In this document: piece by piece, positions 12,704 to 26,443 of the stretch
Layout: the number at the start of each line of letters is the position of its first letter
How positions within the stretch are numbered: position 1 is the stretch's first letter
The notes under the pieces: generated by a model
The model's input: only the letters and a program-made list of their open reading frames with translations
The model's database searches: none
Told to the model about the DNA's origin: nothing
Position numbers and translations under genes: made by a program
From: Lama glama
Taxonomy: Eukaryota
NCBI GenBank assembly: GCA_028534125.1
Contig: CM052817.1
Location: 31,498,001-31,562,000 of the forward strand
Length of the DNA stretch: 64,000 bases
Direction: 5' to 3'

Positions 12704-13288
12704 TGTCAGAGGAGGCAAGTAGCTCTATACGAGCAGAAAAAGGGGGGCACAGGCCAAATGGCAGGAAACCACACATCTTGTTAACAACAGGGGTCCTTAG
12801 GCAGGCCAAGAAAAGCAGGAACCTCTGGACTGATAAGAAATCAGACACTGTGGGTTGACAAGTGTCCTGGAGGCAGACAAAGAAAGGTGGGACAAGACAG
12901 GAATCTCCACCATCCAAATGTAACCTCTCTCTCATTACACCCCTATCTGAACGTACCCTTCCACTCATTATGCTCTCATCTGACTTCCCAATCAAGACTA
13001 AATCAGGACAAAACACCCCCCCACCCTGGGAACGTGGATCTGCACAAAGATCGGGAAAGATGACCTCAAACCCCTCCTCACCAACGAATATTCAATCCAT
13101 TCATTTTTACATCCCATACAACCAACTTGGCAAGGACATTCGGGGCAGCTACCCACCTGCGTCTGCCCGCTCTCCCCTTGAGAGAGTACCACCTATTGCT
13201 CAATAAATCCTTGCTTTACTTTCTTGTTCTCTGTGTCTCATTTCTGAATTCCTTCTGCGACAAGACAAGAACCTGCTCTCCAATCACA
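12704..13288 (+). mobile_element. Solo ERV LTR (585 bp, ERV1-type 4-bp TSD) inserted in a MIR
   Basis: TG...CA ends, CTGA duplicated at 12700-12703 and 13289-13292, AATAAA at 13202. The flanks rejoin as MIR-like ccaggatc-ctga-ctccagag. Confidence 0.85.
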
Positions 13289-13859
13289 CTGACTCCAGAG
13301 TCCAAACTTTTAACCACAGAAACCTCTTTTAAAAATACCTCCTAGTGAGCAGTTACAGTCTTATGCTTAATGTTTTTAATATGAATAATAAAATTAAGCA
13401 TAGGAAACTAACCCAAGAATTTTGTCTTTGGTCTGTCAATTTACCCTTCTGTCACAGGGCACAAACACCTTTGATTCACTAAAAAGAAATATCTGGCTAG
13501 AAACCTCCCTTAACCACATCAACAGTCACTGGACTGGACACAAATAGTTCTTCCATTGATAAATGGCTGCTTCTGACCATATTCAATAGATAATCCCTTC
13601 TCGTTCACTTTAATCAAATAAATGCAATCTAACAGCAATGTGAACACCACAGAGCAAATACGCCTGTATTTCATTCAGTGATTAATTCATCTAACTAGCA
13701 CTTTGCTGGGACTACATAAAATACAAAAATAAATCAAAGAAATACCTTATTACAAGACAGAAGGTGAGACGTGACAAAGACATAAAGATCAAGCGCTACG
13801 AGAGATGTATTGGGGAGGAGGTGTCCATTGCCTCATTTGGCCCATGATTTTCACACCAG

Positions 13860-14228
13860 TGATATTGTGGTTTACAACAGGAAATACGTATTTGGTCTCT
13901 GCCCTGGTTCTTGGCACAGAGTTTCTAAAAACTCTTGGAATTTCCTGTACTGAGAATGATAAAAGGTGTCTTTTGTTATGCTAATAAGGTGACTTTGGGA
14001 GAGCACCTACAGAGGGAAGCTGGTTGTCAGAAAAACTAACCCTATGATTAGAAGGTTGGAACTTTCAGTCCCACGACACCCCCATCTCCAGGGAGGGAGA
14101 GGGGCTGTAGGTTGAGTTCAGTCATCAATGGACAGTGATGTAATCAATTGTGTATATGTAATGAAGCCTCTATAAAAACCCAAAAAAGAAGGGTTCCATG
14201 AGCCTCCAGGTTGGAACATGTGGAGATG
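13860..14228 (+). mobile_element. MER21-like LTR, 5' part only
   Basis: MER21-type motifs ggttggaactttcagtcccac and gtaatgaagcctctataaaaaccc. Confidence 0.7.
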
Positions 14229-14815
14229 TCCGTAGACAGATGAGTGGATAAAGACAATGTGATACACACCCACACACACACAGATATATACACACAATGA
14301 ACTATTACTCAGCTTTTAAAAAGAAGAAAATCCTGCCACTTGTGACAACATGGAGGAACCTAGGAGACATTCTGCTAAGTGAAATAAACCAGGCACAGAA
14401 AGATAAATATTACATGATCTCAGATGTGGAGTTTTAAACAAACTTATAGATACACAGAGCAAAAAAGTGGTTGCCAGGGGTAGGCAGGAGGGTTGAAATG
14501 GGGAGATGGTGGTCAAAGGGTAGAAATTTCAGTTACGTAAGACGAATGAGTTCCGGACATATAAAGTACGGCATCGTGACTACAGTTAACATCTGAAATT
14601 CAATAAGGTAGATCTCCAGTGTTTTTACCACCAAAAAAAAAAAAAAAAAAAAAGTACGGGGAGAAAATGGTAACTACGGGAAGTGATGCATATGTTAACT
14701 GGCTTGTTAGTGGCAATCATTTCACAATGTCTACATATATCAAAACATCAAATTGTACACCTTAAATATATCTATTTCTTACGTGTCAATTTCACCTCAG
14801 CAAAGCTTAAAGAAA
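14229..14815 (+). mobile_element. L1 3' end (L1MA/MB-type)
   Basis: acagatgagtggataaag...ctaagtgaaataaaccaggcacagaaagataaat...aaattgtacaccttaaatatat. Confidence 0.85.
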
Positions 14816-14910
14816 TCAACCAATAAAGCAATGACAAGAAACTCTAATGTCAAACAGTAACCATGACTAAAACCCCAGAATTTCACTGCTGCAAAAATAT
14901 GCCAGCTCAC

Positions 14911-15015
14911 CTGAAATGGATATTTATTTTGACAAGGAATGACACCATCATCATTCTTCACTATTTCCACACACTTGATTTTTGAAATGTCAATAAAACC
15001 CTTTCTGTTCTTTTT
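14911..15015 (-). CDS. TEC: TEC exon 3, PH domain: [35 protein letters not shown]
   Basis: Manual translation of 105 nt; acceptor ttttaacag|, donor CAG|GTGAGC; phase 0-0. Confidence 0.97.
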
Positions 15016-16101
15016 CTGTTAAAAGAGAAAAAAAGGAGAACCATTACAATCATAAGATTAAAGAAAAAATGTTAATAGTAATATTTGTTTTAAAAAAATC
15101 AGATTCAAAACATTACCATTTCCTTAATAATTACCTACATCATGTCTCCCTTTATTGTTAAAATTGTTCAAAACACTAACACTCTGAGGATTGTAATAAA
15201 AATAATTAAGTCCTTTAATTTCTAAAGATGAAATTGTTCTGTCCTTGCCCTATCCCCAAAGCTCTAGAACTGAGGGACTCCCTCTGATTGCTGCCTTCCT
15301 CTCTCACACACACACCTTAGCTTCTCCAGCTTCTTGATGACAGTCCCATAAAAGAAAGCGTCAGAGACCAAACTAAGCAAAACTCCATGCACTCAGTCAC
15401 AGATGCAAACTCCAGACAGTTACATCTTCCACTCTGGTACCCAGAACTCAGGAGGATGTGAGGCGGACTTAGGGCATTCACATAAAGCCTCCATTCAGAC
15501 TCGATTTTTGAATCTTCTTTTTTTTTCCCCCTTCCCTTTGGCCCTCACTCCCTGCTCACTGCAAACCTCCCTACAGCAAGTAACTAGTGACATACCAAGA
15601 CATCCCCCTCCAAATCATTCCCACCCTTGAGCACGGTCTTCTCAGATCTGAGACTTTATCCCAGGGAAAAACCAAAAGAATACGAAGTAGTATGTGCAAA
15701 GGTCACTCGATACATTGTTTCCATTAAAAATCACCACAAACACAATGCAGGAATAAAAAATGTTTATTGAATAATATTAACTGATACATCCCACATGAAA
15801 AGCTGTATAAAGACTCAGGTTACTTGGGGGGAGGGTAGATACTCATATGATAAAGAACAGAAGGAAAGTAGAGAAATGAAGAAGAACACTGCAGTATTTG
15901 GGATGAGCCAGCCCATCCCCTGGCCCTGGGCATTCAAAATTCCTTCATCTAATACTCTGAAACCCCCCTCTGGCCACAACCTTTGGGGCCTCTACCAGAT
16001 CTGCACGCCCACTGTCACCACAGGACTTTCAGACCTGCCAACCCTCTCAGGCCATCAGCTCCCATTTGACTGGACTATCTGGCTGTCCTTTCACTAGTGC
16101 A

Positions 16102-16120
16102 TCCTCTCTCTCTCTCTCTG

Positions 16121-16153
<33 letters not shown>
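16102..16153 (+). repeat. Compound (CT)n(CA)n microsatellite
   Basis: Directly visible. Confidence 0.9.
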
Positions 16154-16156
<3 letters not shown>

Positions 16157-16559
16157 CATACCCCCCTGACATTTCTGTCAGCCCCCAGTTCTACCCACAC
16201 CTTCCCCCTCCTCCTGCATGCCTGACCACACAAGGTCACAAAATAATCCTGTCCTCTCTGTGCTTAGCCAGGCCTTCCCTGCCATCCTCGGTTCTTCTGC
16301 GTACCCTCCATGGAGACCACCAGTCTCGTCGGAACTGCAAGCCCTGCCCGTTCCCCTCGCCCCAGCGGACACGCTCCCTCACTACTTCGTGGGGACGAGA
16401 GCAGCCGGACGTCCCATGAGCACACCCTGGACTTCCTCCTTCAGCAGGCCAAAAGCACCCTAAGATCTACTCTTTTTTATTCTTTTCCACCCTGTCTTTC
16501 AGAGGACACTAAAAGCACACAACAGTTAAAGACACTGTAGCTGGCACTTAGCAGCTGCC

Positions 16560-16680
16560 ATTTCCTTTTATGCTCACGATTCTCCTCATTTTACAGATGA
16601 GGAAACTGCAGCTCAGACAGGTTAAATCCATTACCCAAGGATCCCAACTGGCCCTAGAGCCCCCTGGACCTTGGATCCTT
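16560..16680. mobile_element. MIR SINE
   Basis: ctcattttacagatgaggaaactgcagctcagacaggttaa. Confidence 0.75.
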
Positions 16681-18399
16681 GCAAACAGGTGACAGGACTA
16701 ACAGAGCTGAGTCCCTGGGAAGACAACACTGAGTCTGAGAGCGGCCAGAGCTTCGGCCATGACAGGGAGAGGGCCATTCTCCCCGTGCGTTCTTCTAAGG
16801 CCTCTACTCCTCCTGCCGACCCTACCCAGCGCCTTCTTCTGGCCCTGCTACTGCCCTTCCCTTCCCGAAAGAGAAGATGATTACACCCTCAGCCTTCACT
16901 TCCTTCCCACCCCTCCTCCTTAACCACTTGCGAGCTGCCTCCCCCTCACCACAGCTGCTAAAGCTGTTCTCAAAAACATCACCAATGACCAAACCCAACG
17001 GCCTCAGCTCAGCTGTCTTCCGCCCAAGCCTTTGAGGCACCTGGGGGTACTTCCACTCTCTTCTCTCTCAGCGGCCTTGACTTTGGGTCACCCTGGTTCT
17101 CCTTCTGTGTCTTCCCCTCAGTTTCTCACAGGACAACACCTCTCCTGTGCCAGAAACTTCCTGTGTCAAGGAATGCAGATTCCAGACAGGGAAAGCTCAC
17201 TTGCTGAGCGTACAGCCAAGTAGCGTGCCATTCAATCCTCACAGCTCCTCTGTGAGGTATGCGTTATTAGACACATCTTACAGAAGGAAGAAAGGAAAAT
17301 TAAGTAACTTGTCCACGTTTACACAGTAGAGACATACACAGTAACTGTTTATTACACAACGTATTAAGTACTGGATATAAAAAAGATGCTAAGAGAATAC
17401 AGAGGAACCCAGGCTTATATGACACTTTCAGAAAAGAAATTCTGATAACCTGTTAGGAAGGAAATGAACAGCATGGGGAAAGAAAAACATATTCCAGAAT
17501 GATCTCAGTTGCCTCATCTATAAAATGGGAACAATACTAGTATCCACGTCATTGATACTATTGGACAGTTATGTGAATTAAATGAGTGTTTGCCAAGTGC
17601 TTAGAAGAATGTTTGACCCGTAATATGATATCTGTGTTTGCTACATAAAATAAATAAGGAAATAAATAAGGAAAAAAAAGGTGCCTGAGGCAGGATGGAA
17701 GAGGGGTCAGCTTGTAAAGAACCTGATGCACGGTGCCAAGGGGTCTCGTCAGACAAGGCCACCCACCCTGCTCCTGGGCCTGTGCCAGTTAGTGGGCAGA
17801 AGAAACCGCCAGAGGACTAGCTTCCTATTAATAAGCCACGCGTGTTCATCATAAAAATCTAAGAAAACACTAACAGCACAAAGAGAATCAAATGACCCCT
17901 AATCCCCCAGTCCTGGAGAAAATCACTGCTGACATCATGGAGTTTTTCCAGACACTGCTCTGGGGTCATCTATTATCTGCCAGCTCCCTTAGCCCTTGAG
18001 CAGCAGACTCTGGTCAGCTTCCAAGACATGCATCTCTACTCACCACCTGCCCCTGCGACTGAAAGCAGCTGTCAGATATGGATCAATCTGCACAGGAAAA
18101 CCTGGGCTGACTTATGCCCCCCAAATTCATGTTTTGTGATATATAATCCATTCATGCACTGTACTGATATTTGGGCTTATTACTGCAAATACTTTACTAT
18201 GAAGTTTGCAGATAAAGGTTCATATTTAAGTGGCCCATTCATTATTTTACCTGACTCACCAGCAACACTGGTCAGACACCAGGCACGATGCTGCATGCTG
18301 TAGCTTCAACACCGTGGAAGGGGGTTGAGGGTTCCCTCAGAGGAGTTCACAATCTATGGCGGGTGGCAGCGGAAGAGGGGATTGATTCATTATCAAATA

Positions 18400-19110
18400 A
18401 AGATGAAGTCATGTGTGCTCACAGTGCACTGTGGAGTGGGGCCAGGACTGGGCCAGGAGAATCTGGGGAAGTTTCAGGGAGGAAGTCACATTTTGATTTG
18501 GTTCTTAAAGGATACGTAGGAGTTTTCCTATAGAGAAAGTGGAGAAGAGAATTCAGGCAGCAAAAACAACAAAGCAGTGCTTTAGGGAACAGAAAGAAAT
18601 TCACGGTGGCTGAAGTTCAGGGTGTTCACTAGCCTACCCGCTAGACTCAGGAGTTTGGATTTATCCTGAGCAGTTTGAAGTGGGGAATGAGGAGTGCAGG
18701 ACTGAGGCGTGTTTTTGGAAAGATGATGATTCACGGCGGAGTGAGGAAGGCACGAGACATGTTGCAGTAGCTCAGGGCGGGGTTCATGAGGCTGTGAACT
18801 CAGTCCACAGCAGTCAGTCTCTGCATCCATACTCATATCTCTACGGGTACACGAGGAAAGCAGGGTTGCCAGAGTATTCAGAGGCAGGGTCCACAGAACT
18901 TTGTGATCAGTCAGATGTGAGGACTAAGAGAGAAGTTTGGGAGCCTCAGGGACTCTGAGTCTGAGTGACCAGTAAACACCAGCAGCATGAACCATGATGA
19001 GGAAAGAAGGAAAATCAGGTTTGAGAGGGCAAACTCGGGGTATGCTGTTTGAGTTGACTGTCGGACAACCAGGTGGAAATGTCTGCAGAGAGTTGAACAG
19101 AAGGGGCTCA
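18400..19110. mobile_element. L2 LINE relic
   Basis: Purine-rich L2-like motifs (ggagtttggatttatcctgag; gctgtttgagttgactgtcggacaaccaggtggaaatgtc). Confidence 0.6.
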
Positions 19111-19271
19111 AACTCAGAAATACTTAGCACTTTCTTTATAAAGAGAATTCTGCTTTTCATAACACATATACAGTATATACAGTAGAACATTATTCTAGCC
19201 ACAGCATACGGTACCCCTGGGAGATTAGGCAAGGCTGAGGAAGAAAAGGTTCAGAAGGATTAAGAAACTCA

Positions 19272-19484
19272 TATTTCAAAATGTAGAATAGATAAACAAG
19301 ATTATACCATATAGCACAGGGAAATATAACAAGATCTTATGGTAACTCACAGTGAAAAAAAATGTGACAATGAATATATATATGTTCATGTATAACAAAA
19401 ATTGTGCTCTACACTGGAATTTGACACAACATTGTAAAATGACTGTAATTCCATAAAAAATGTAAAAAAAAAAAAAAAGAAAGA
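19272..19484 (+). mobile_element. Short young lineage-specific L1 3' end with poly(A)
   Basis: Closely similar to the 3' UTRs at 27245-27449 and 56705-56904. Candidate TSD aagaaactca / aagaaacaca. Confidence 0.85.
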
Positions 19485-21002
19485 AAGAAACACAAGGAAC
19501 CTAAGAGTTACTGAAAGAGCCATGTGCCCTCTTACCACTTGGTCTCTCCTAAACACCTGCTCTTCACACTGGTTAACTGGAAGGGACATACATAGTTTGT
19601 TTTCCTCCATTTAGACTATTTAGAATTTCTTTAATAAGAAAATTACTTGATAATTACTGAAGTGTGCTAATATTGTGGCCCAAAAAGTTATTATTTTTTT
19701 CATGTGAAGTTTCTATAACCTTCACCCTGCCCACCAGTCTGAAAAATCACAATTAAGCTGAGACTCTCCTTTTACTCATCTTTGAATCCTCTGAGCTGAT
19801 AAAACTGACAGTAGGTGTTCATTAAATAGTATGCTGAGACAGTCTGCAAAGAAGTATGAGTGATACTGTGTGTGTGTGTGTGTGTGTGTGTCTAAGATAT
19901 ATATATCTCTTCTCTTGCACATCTACTGTATATTTCACAAAGCTTGAAAATGAGGTAAGTAATGGCCATTTCACCCATTTGTAAACCCGCATAAATGGAG
20001 AAACTATAGGCAGAGATGAAATATGACTTGCTTAAAATCACACATCAGCTGAATGGCAGAACTGGGAATTAGACGAAAGAGATCCTGTCCCCCTGTCTTA
20101 AAAGAGTCACTGGTTTCCTTTAACTTCCAGGATACTCAGTACTTTTTAAAGTCTCAACATCAATCCTAAATTAAAATTTTTTTAATGTATACAAATATCC
20201 AGGGCTGGCCTCAGGTGAATTTGAGAAGTCAGAACACCCTCGGGCCCTCCTTCTACACCCTCTCCCGTAGCATCCTGAGACCTATTATGCACAGTGAGAG
20301 ACTCACCAGAATTCCCCTCCAATATTGTCAATGATCCACCCTTCCCCCATATCACAACTTGCATCTAAGGTCGCTATTCCCAGCTGCCCGCCACAGAAGA
20401 AATTTACTGGATGAATCACCTGTGTATTGTTAAGGCGGCATCCTGAGTCCAGTCGGGCTCTGCCCTCTTTCAGTTCCTTTGTCTGTGGGAACAGGATATT
20501 ACTACTCGATTTGCTAAGCTTTACGCGGGAATGAAGATGAGACATATAGGTGCTCAGAACGGTGTCTGGCACAGGGAAGCCACTCCCTAAATGGCAGCAT
20601 TTACTATTTAGCTTTCACAACAACCCTGGGAAGTTGTTAGGAACGTGAGCATGCGAGAGGTTACAAGAGGGGCTGAGAGGCTGAGTCAGAATTGAACCAG
20701 ATCTCTCAGGCTTTCACCTGACTCCCTGCCTCTCAAGCTTGAATATTTGGGGACTCTTATTATAGAAGAAGAAAATTAACTTATGTCAAAATCTAACAAG
20801 TACAGAACACTCACTCCGAGCCAGGCACTAGGTTCATCTCTTTACATGATGACTCAATGAATGTTCACAGCATTAGAATGTGAACACTTGTCACCTCATT
20901 TTACAGATGAAGAAATCAAGACTTAAAGAAGATAATTAAATGGCCAAAAGTCACACAATAAACCAGGAACTGAATTCTGTCTAATTCCAACCTTGAATTC
21001 TT

Positions 21003-21372
21003 TTATTTTTAATCTTATTTTTTATTGATGTGTAATTGATTTACAACGTTAGTTTCAGGTGTACAGCAAAGCAATTTAGTTATATATATATTTTTTTATT
21101 ATTATTATTATTGAACTACCATCAGTTACAATGTGTCAGTTTCTGGAGTACAGCACATTGTCCCAGTCATGCATATATTTTTAAGTTTCTTTTCCATTAC
21201 GGCTTATTACAAGAAACGGAATACAGTTCCCTGTGCTGTACAGTAAATCCTTTTTGTTTATTTTATATATAGTGATGTGTATCTGTTACTCTCAGACTCC
21301 TAACCCATCTCTCCCCCCACCTCTCCCACCCTAGTAACCACAATTTGTTTTCTATGTCTGTGAGTCTGTTTC
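21003..21372 (-). mobile_element. L1 3' end with 17-bp TSD
   Basis: TSD tccaaccttgaattctt (20986-21002) / tccaaccctgaattctt (21373-21389); T-rich tail on the left. Confidence 0.85.
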
Positions 21373-23239
21373 TCCAACCCTGAATTCTTAAGTGCCACAT
21401 ACACTTGAGTAACTTGATGTCACTTAACCAAGTACAAATATAAACTGAGTGGAAATTTCTCATGCTCATAGCTCTTGACAACTATCAGACCAAAGAGAGT
21501 TCACAAATTAAATACAAACAAAACTGCACAATAAATAAGATTTAAATTAACAACCTATTTGAACATGAAGGACAGGGTGTGCTGGAATGGAATCCCTCTC
21601 CCAGAACTAGTTCCTTGGCGTCCATGTGCCTGCCTGTGTGCCAAGTGGCGCCCTCTTCAACCCTCTCTCAGTTTCAACTATGGGGAACCCCTGTCTGCAC
21701 ACATACTGCCAGCCTAACACGAGGCCTCCGCTTGGCCCCACCAAACTGATCAGTGTTCAGTCAGCCTCTGTTCTTTCTCAAGAGAGACAACAATTAAAAC
21801 AGACCATAAATACAAACCCAAAGATGGCTGCTGACACGGCATGTCTAGTAACAAGGGACCATCCAGAGAACATAGACAAAAGACATTTAGATACAATAAT
21901 ATACAAATAAAATTGCTAGAACTTGCAGCCATCAGCAGGTGGACAGATGGACCAAAACTTACTACTGACATTCGCCATGTCATCATGTCCCTTCCTTCAC
22001 TCAGCCACACTCATCAAAGATTGATTCTGACTTCCTGCCACAGGCAAGACACAGATACCCAAGAGCCATGATAGAGATTTTAAAAGTACAGAATTTCTGG
22101 CCTTTAAGTAATTTACAACCAGACATTTGCTAAACTTAAGGAGAGGAAGGATAATGTTGACAATGAAAGTTTGGATGGGTCAATATTGAAAGGCTAAAGC
22201 ATTCTAGTCAACCCTTGAAAAGGAAAGAAAGAAAATTATGAATTCTACCAATAATCTCAAATGAGCCAAAAGGCCTGCTTTGTACATGAAGGTTCTTTTC
22301 CATTTCCACTCAGAACAGAGCTAGAGGAGTGGGCCCTCCAGTGCAGCAGGACACATTAATCACATAAACAAGGACAACGTCAGGATGCATGCAGCATTTT
22401 TCTTGTGGATACTGGGAATAATTTTGACATAGACCTTTGTAGTATCAGGAGAAGTAGAACAAATAACATATAAAATCATTTCGAATTTGGTGATTCTATG
22501 ATGAAATGCCCCCTCTTTACCAAGTACTAAATTCTAGTGAAAAATAGAAGAAAGCAAAAACAAAACCTTGGTTCCTAATACTTTTTCCTCCCTTTTAACC
22601 AACCAACCAAATAATAACTGACATGGGCACTTTACATTTTACAAAGTGCTTTTTATACTAAAGAAACAAACAAACAAAAAGAGAACTTTTACATTAAGAA
22701 GCCAATAGTTAATGTACAAACGAGTAGCTTAATTATGAAGATTGTGGTGTCTAACATAACATCCAGAATAAAAACAGGATGCTGAAAAACCTCCATAAAT
22801 GATAAGGAATCTGAGGGCAAAAAAAATCCCATTTCCAATGTAACAATAATCTTCATGTAAGATTTTGCCAACACAAATAATCGTAAGGTTTCTAGAGCTA
22901 GTTTTTCACTATATTCAAAGTTAAAGTTTTTATTCCCCTCAAGCGGTCATTTCCTCTTACTTTCTATACTTCTGGCAACCCATTTCCCAACTTCCCTTTG
23001 CAGCCCAAGGACACTTTCAAAAACAAATACCATGTATGTTTTATTATAGTTGAAAACAAAACTTACCAACCTAAGTGTTTTGAAATAAGTCTTAAAATTA
23101 GTAAAAATTGGAATAAGTTATGTAGAAATCAACATACACAGATCCCTTACTTCATAAATTTCATGGAACAGACTCCCAAATTCAAGGAATTCCAGAGTTA
23201 ATAATTTCAATCCAAAAACGACAAATCCCTGGGAGCAGA

Positions 23240-23822
23240 GACAATGCTAGTAATCTGGTTTGCCACATTTTGCCTTTCTTTCTGGGTGCCCAGCAAGACT
23301 GCATTTTCCCAGCTCCATGCATTTAGGCGAGGCCGTGCTCCTAAGCTCTAGCTAAAGGACTGTAGGCGAAAGTGATGCAACCCCACTTCCGGGCCTCTAA
23401 AACCTCTCAGACCACCCTCTATCTTCCATCGCCTCCCTCGCCCCCAGCTACATGTAGAAGGTCGAGTGGAAGATTCTGAGGACTGCTAATGGGTACAAGA
23501 CTTCTTTTCGGGGTAATGAATATGTTCTAAGTTGATTGCAGTGATAGTTGCACAACTCTGTGAACATATTAAAAACCATGGAATTGCACAATTTAAGTGG
23601 GTGAACTGTATGGCATGGGAATTATATCTCAATAAAGTTGTCTCTAAAAACAAATAAACAAAAAAGACAACAGAGCCACCAGATGGAAGGAGCCTGGATC
23701 CCTGAATCACCATGTGGAAGGCAGTTATATACAATGTTGGCAAGCAAGAAATTTTCTATTGTGTTTAATGCACTGGATTCGGGGGTTGTATGTTACAACA
23801 GTTTGCTACCTTGAACAACACA
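23240..23822. mobile_element. MLT1 (MaLR) LTR interrupted by an L1MB-type 3' end at ~23482-23665
   Basis: MLT1 motifs (agatggaaggagcctggatccctgaatcacc) flank an L1 terminus (gaattatatctcaataaag). Confidence 0.7.
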
Positions 23823-23903
23823 TTCTAGAACAGGAAGATCTCACATCTCAGCTACTCAATACTTGAGACTCCAGATCCAGAAAGGGAACATGTTGAACTA
23901 AAT

Positions 23904-24182
23904 CAGTGTTTCCCAGGGTATGCTATGGAGGTTTCTGGGAGGTGGTTTTAGGTAGAATTTGGACAAACATTTCTTTTCATTGTATTTAGTTTTATGGTTA
24001 CCTTTTATTAATGGTTTACCATTTACTGAGTGATGCAGTTTCCTTTCAAAATCAGTATATTTAAGGGAAATTAGTTAAAGGAAAACTAGTATTAAGTTAA
24101 TACTAGTATGAATGAGATAGCACATATATATGTGAAAATTATGTAAGTAATATGCATAATGGCTTAAGTTTGGACAACACTG
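23904..24182. mobile_element. Non-autonomous hAT-Charlie element
   Basis: TIRs cagtgtttccca / tggacaacactg; degenerate 8-bp TSD aactaaat / ggttaaat with central TA. Confidence 0.65.
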
Positions 24183-25699
24183 GGTTAAATTATCACTTCA
24201 TTTCCAATTCTAACATTCCTTGATTTTTGTTATTTTGTTATTTGTACCTGTACTCCTCCACTACCTGGCCTGCCTGGTATACCTCCTGCTACATGAGTTA
24301 AGAGTACACTTATGTGAGCCAAGATTCAGTCCAAAGGTATATATTCAGCTAAAACCCCCACAGACATTACAAATAATGATTCTCAGCCACCTCTCCTCAG
24401 AGACACACATTTCTGCACAAACCCCAAATGCCTACTCATTCCCACCCCCACCAGATTTCAATATTCCTTACTGATAAGGTATAGAAAATGAAGAAGTAGA
24501 GACTCGATTTTTATAGCAGCATTTGACTTCTGGGGCAGAACTCGCACCTGGACACATTTTCTGCCTAGTGTGGTGCACAGGGCAGCATTTTACTAGGAAA
24601 TAAGAACACATAAGAAACTCGGTATTGAAAATTGGGCTCTGAATCTGGCAGCAAAAGTACAAAATAATGAGACTCCCTGGGGTGAACTTAAATATATTAA
24701 ATCAGAGCATCTGATTTAACCCATATTTGAGTAGTTAACATAGTAACAGGCAACACACATGCATCACTGTGTGCCAAGGCTTTCTATCATAAATCAACCC
24801 ATTTAAGCCTTCCAATAACCTCTACACCATCCTACGGCTTCAAAAAAGTCAGGAAAAAAACACCTGAGAGAAATCTGGAGCTGGGTCACACGGCAGACCT
24901 GAGGAAAGACAGCCCCTGGCCAGGATCTAATACATGAAATGCCTACCATATGCTAAGCACGCTGAGCTAGACCTCATGGGAGGTCATGCTATTGTGCCTG
25001 CAAACCTAAGTATTAAAGTGAGTAGTGGCTGGATTTAAATGCCAGCTCCATGGTCCCATGCAAATTAATTAATCTCATTTAGTCCCCATTTCCTCACTTG
25101 TAAAATGGGGCTATTAAATAACCTATCTCCTAGATTATTGTGAAGATTAATTGTGATACTCTCATAAAGCACTCAGCACAATATCTGGCCCATCGCAATC
25201 ACTAATATGTTATTTAGTATAATTTTTTTCCCTTTAGATAAAATATTTCTAAAATTTTTCAGCACTTAAACTCTTTTTCTCACAAACAGATCCTTAATTT
25301 TTTTCAACCATATAGTTTCTAATTGCTACAGAATTCAACAAGGAAAAAGGATTTAATAGAGATCTTTACAGTATTCTACTCAGTTTTACATTGTATCTTT
25401 AGGTAACATAGCAGGATTTCTCAGTGGAATTTAGCAAATATTTCAAATATTTCAAAAACTCAAAAAATAAAGGAATAGACAATGAAGCTTAACTATAGTG
25501 CACAAAGTATCACAAAACAAACTAGGGAAAAAGGATAATAGCAAAACACCCTTTCTTTTGAAATAAAATAGTATTTTAAGAAGCTATTTTTTTAAGTAAT
25601 TAGGTCCTATATATCAATTACCATAGAAATGTAGGAAAAGTCCAGCAATTACTTAGGACAATACATGCTGAGCATTTACCATAAAGTGCTCAGCATAAG

Positions 25700-26285
25700 A
25701 GATGTGGAGATTTAAAAGCACGGCCACTGTATTTACCCAAGAGAAACAATGGCATCTGACCAAAAACCTGTACAACAATATTCACAGCAGCTTTATCTGT
25801 TGTAGCTGAAAACTGGAAACAACCCAAATGTCCATCAATAGGTGACTGGACAATGAAATACTTCACAGTAATAAAAAGAAATGCAATATTGATGCAGCAA
25901 AATGGATTTGTATCAAAATAGTATTCTAGGTGAAAGAAGCTAGCTTTAAAAAAAAAAAAACTCCATGAGTTTGTTAATTCTAAAATTCTCATAAATGCAA
26001 ACCAATCTAGAGGGTCAAAAATCAGATCAGTGATTACCTAGGGATAGTAGGAATAAAAGAGAAAGAAATTCATTTTGTATGAATTACAGAAGGGACATGA
26101 GGAAACTTCTGGGGGTAATGGATACGTTCATTATTTTACTGTAGCGATGCTTTCACAGGTGTATACATACGTCAAAACTCCTCAAATAACACAATTGAAA
26201 TATACACATTTTACTATAGATTTTATTATAGATTATTATTATTATAGATTTTATTACAGATTGATTATAACCTCAAGAGACCTGA
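25700..26285 (+). mobile_element. Old L1 (L1ME-type) 3' fragment
   Basis: aactggaaacaacccaaatgtccatcaatagg; ggacatgaggaaacttctgggggtaatgg. Confidence 0.8.
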
Positions 26286-26443
26286 AAAAAAATATAGCCC
26301 CTGCCCTCAGGAACCTTGTAATCTGGGAACATTTGAAAACTAAGGAACTCTCTGCTAATAATTTAGTGTTCTAAATCATAGGCTTAAAAGGGAAAAACCA
26401 ACAACAATGAAAGAAAATAACTGATATAAGCAAACTAACTTCA

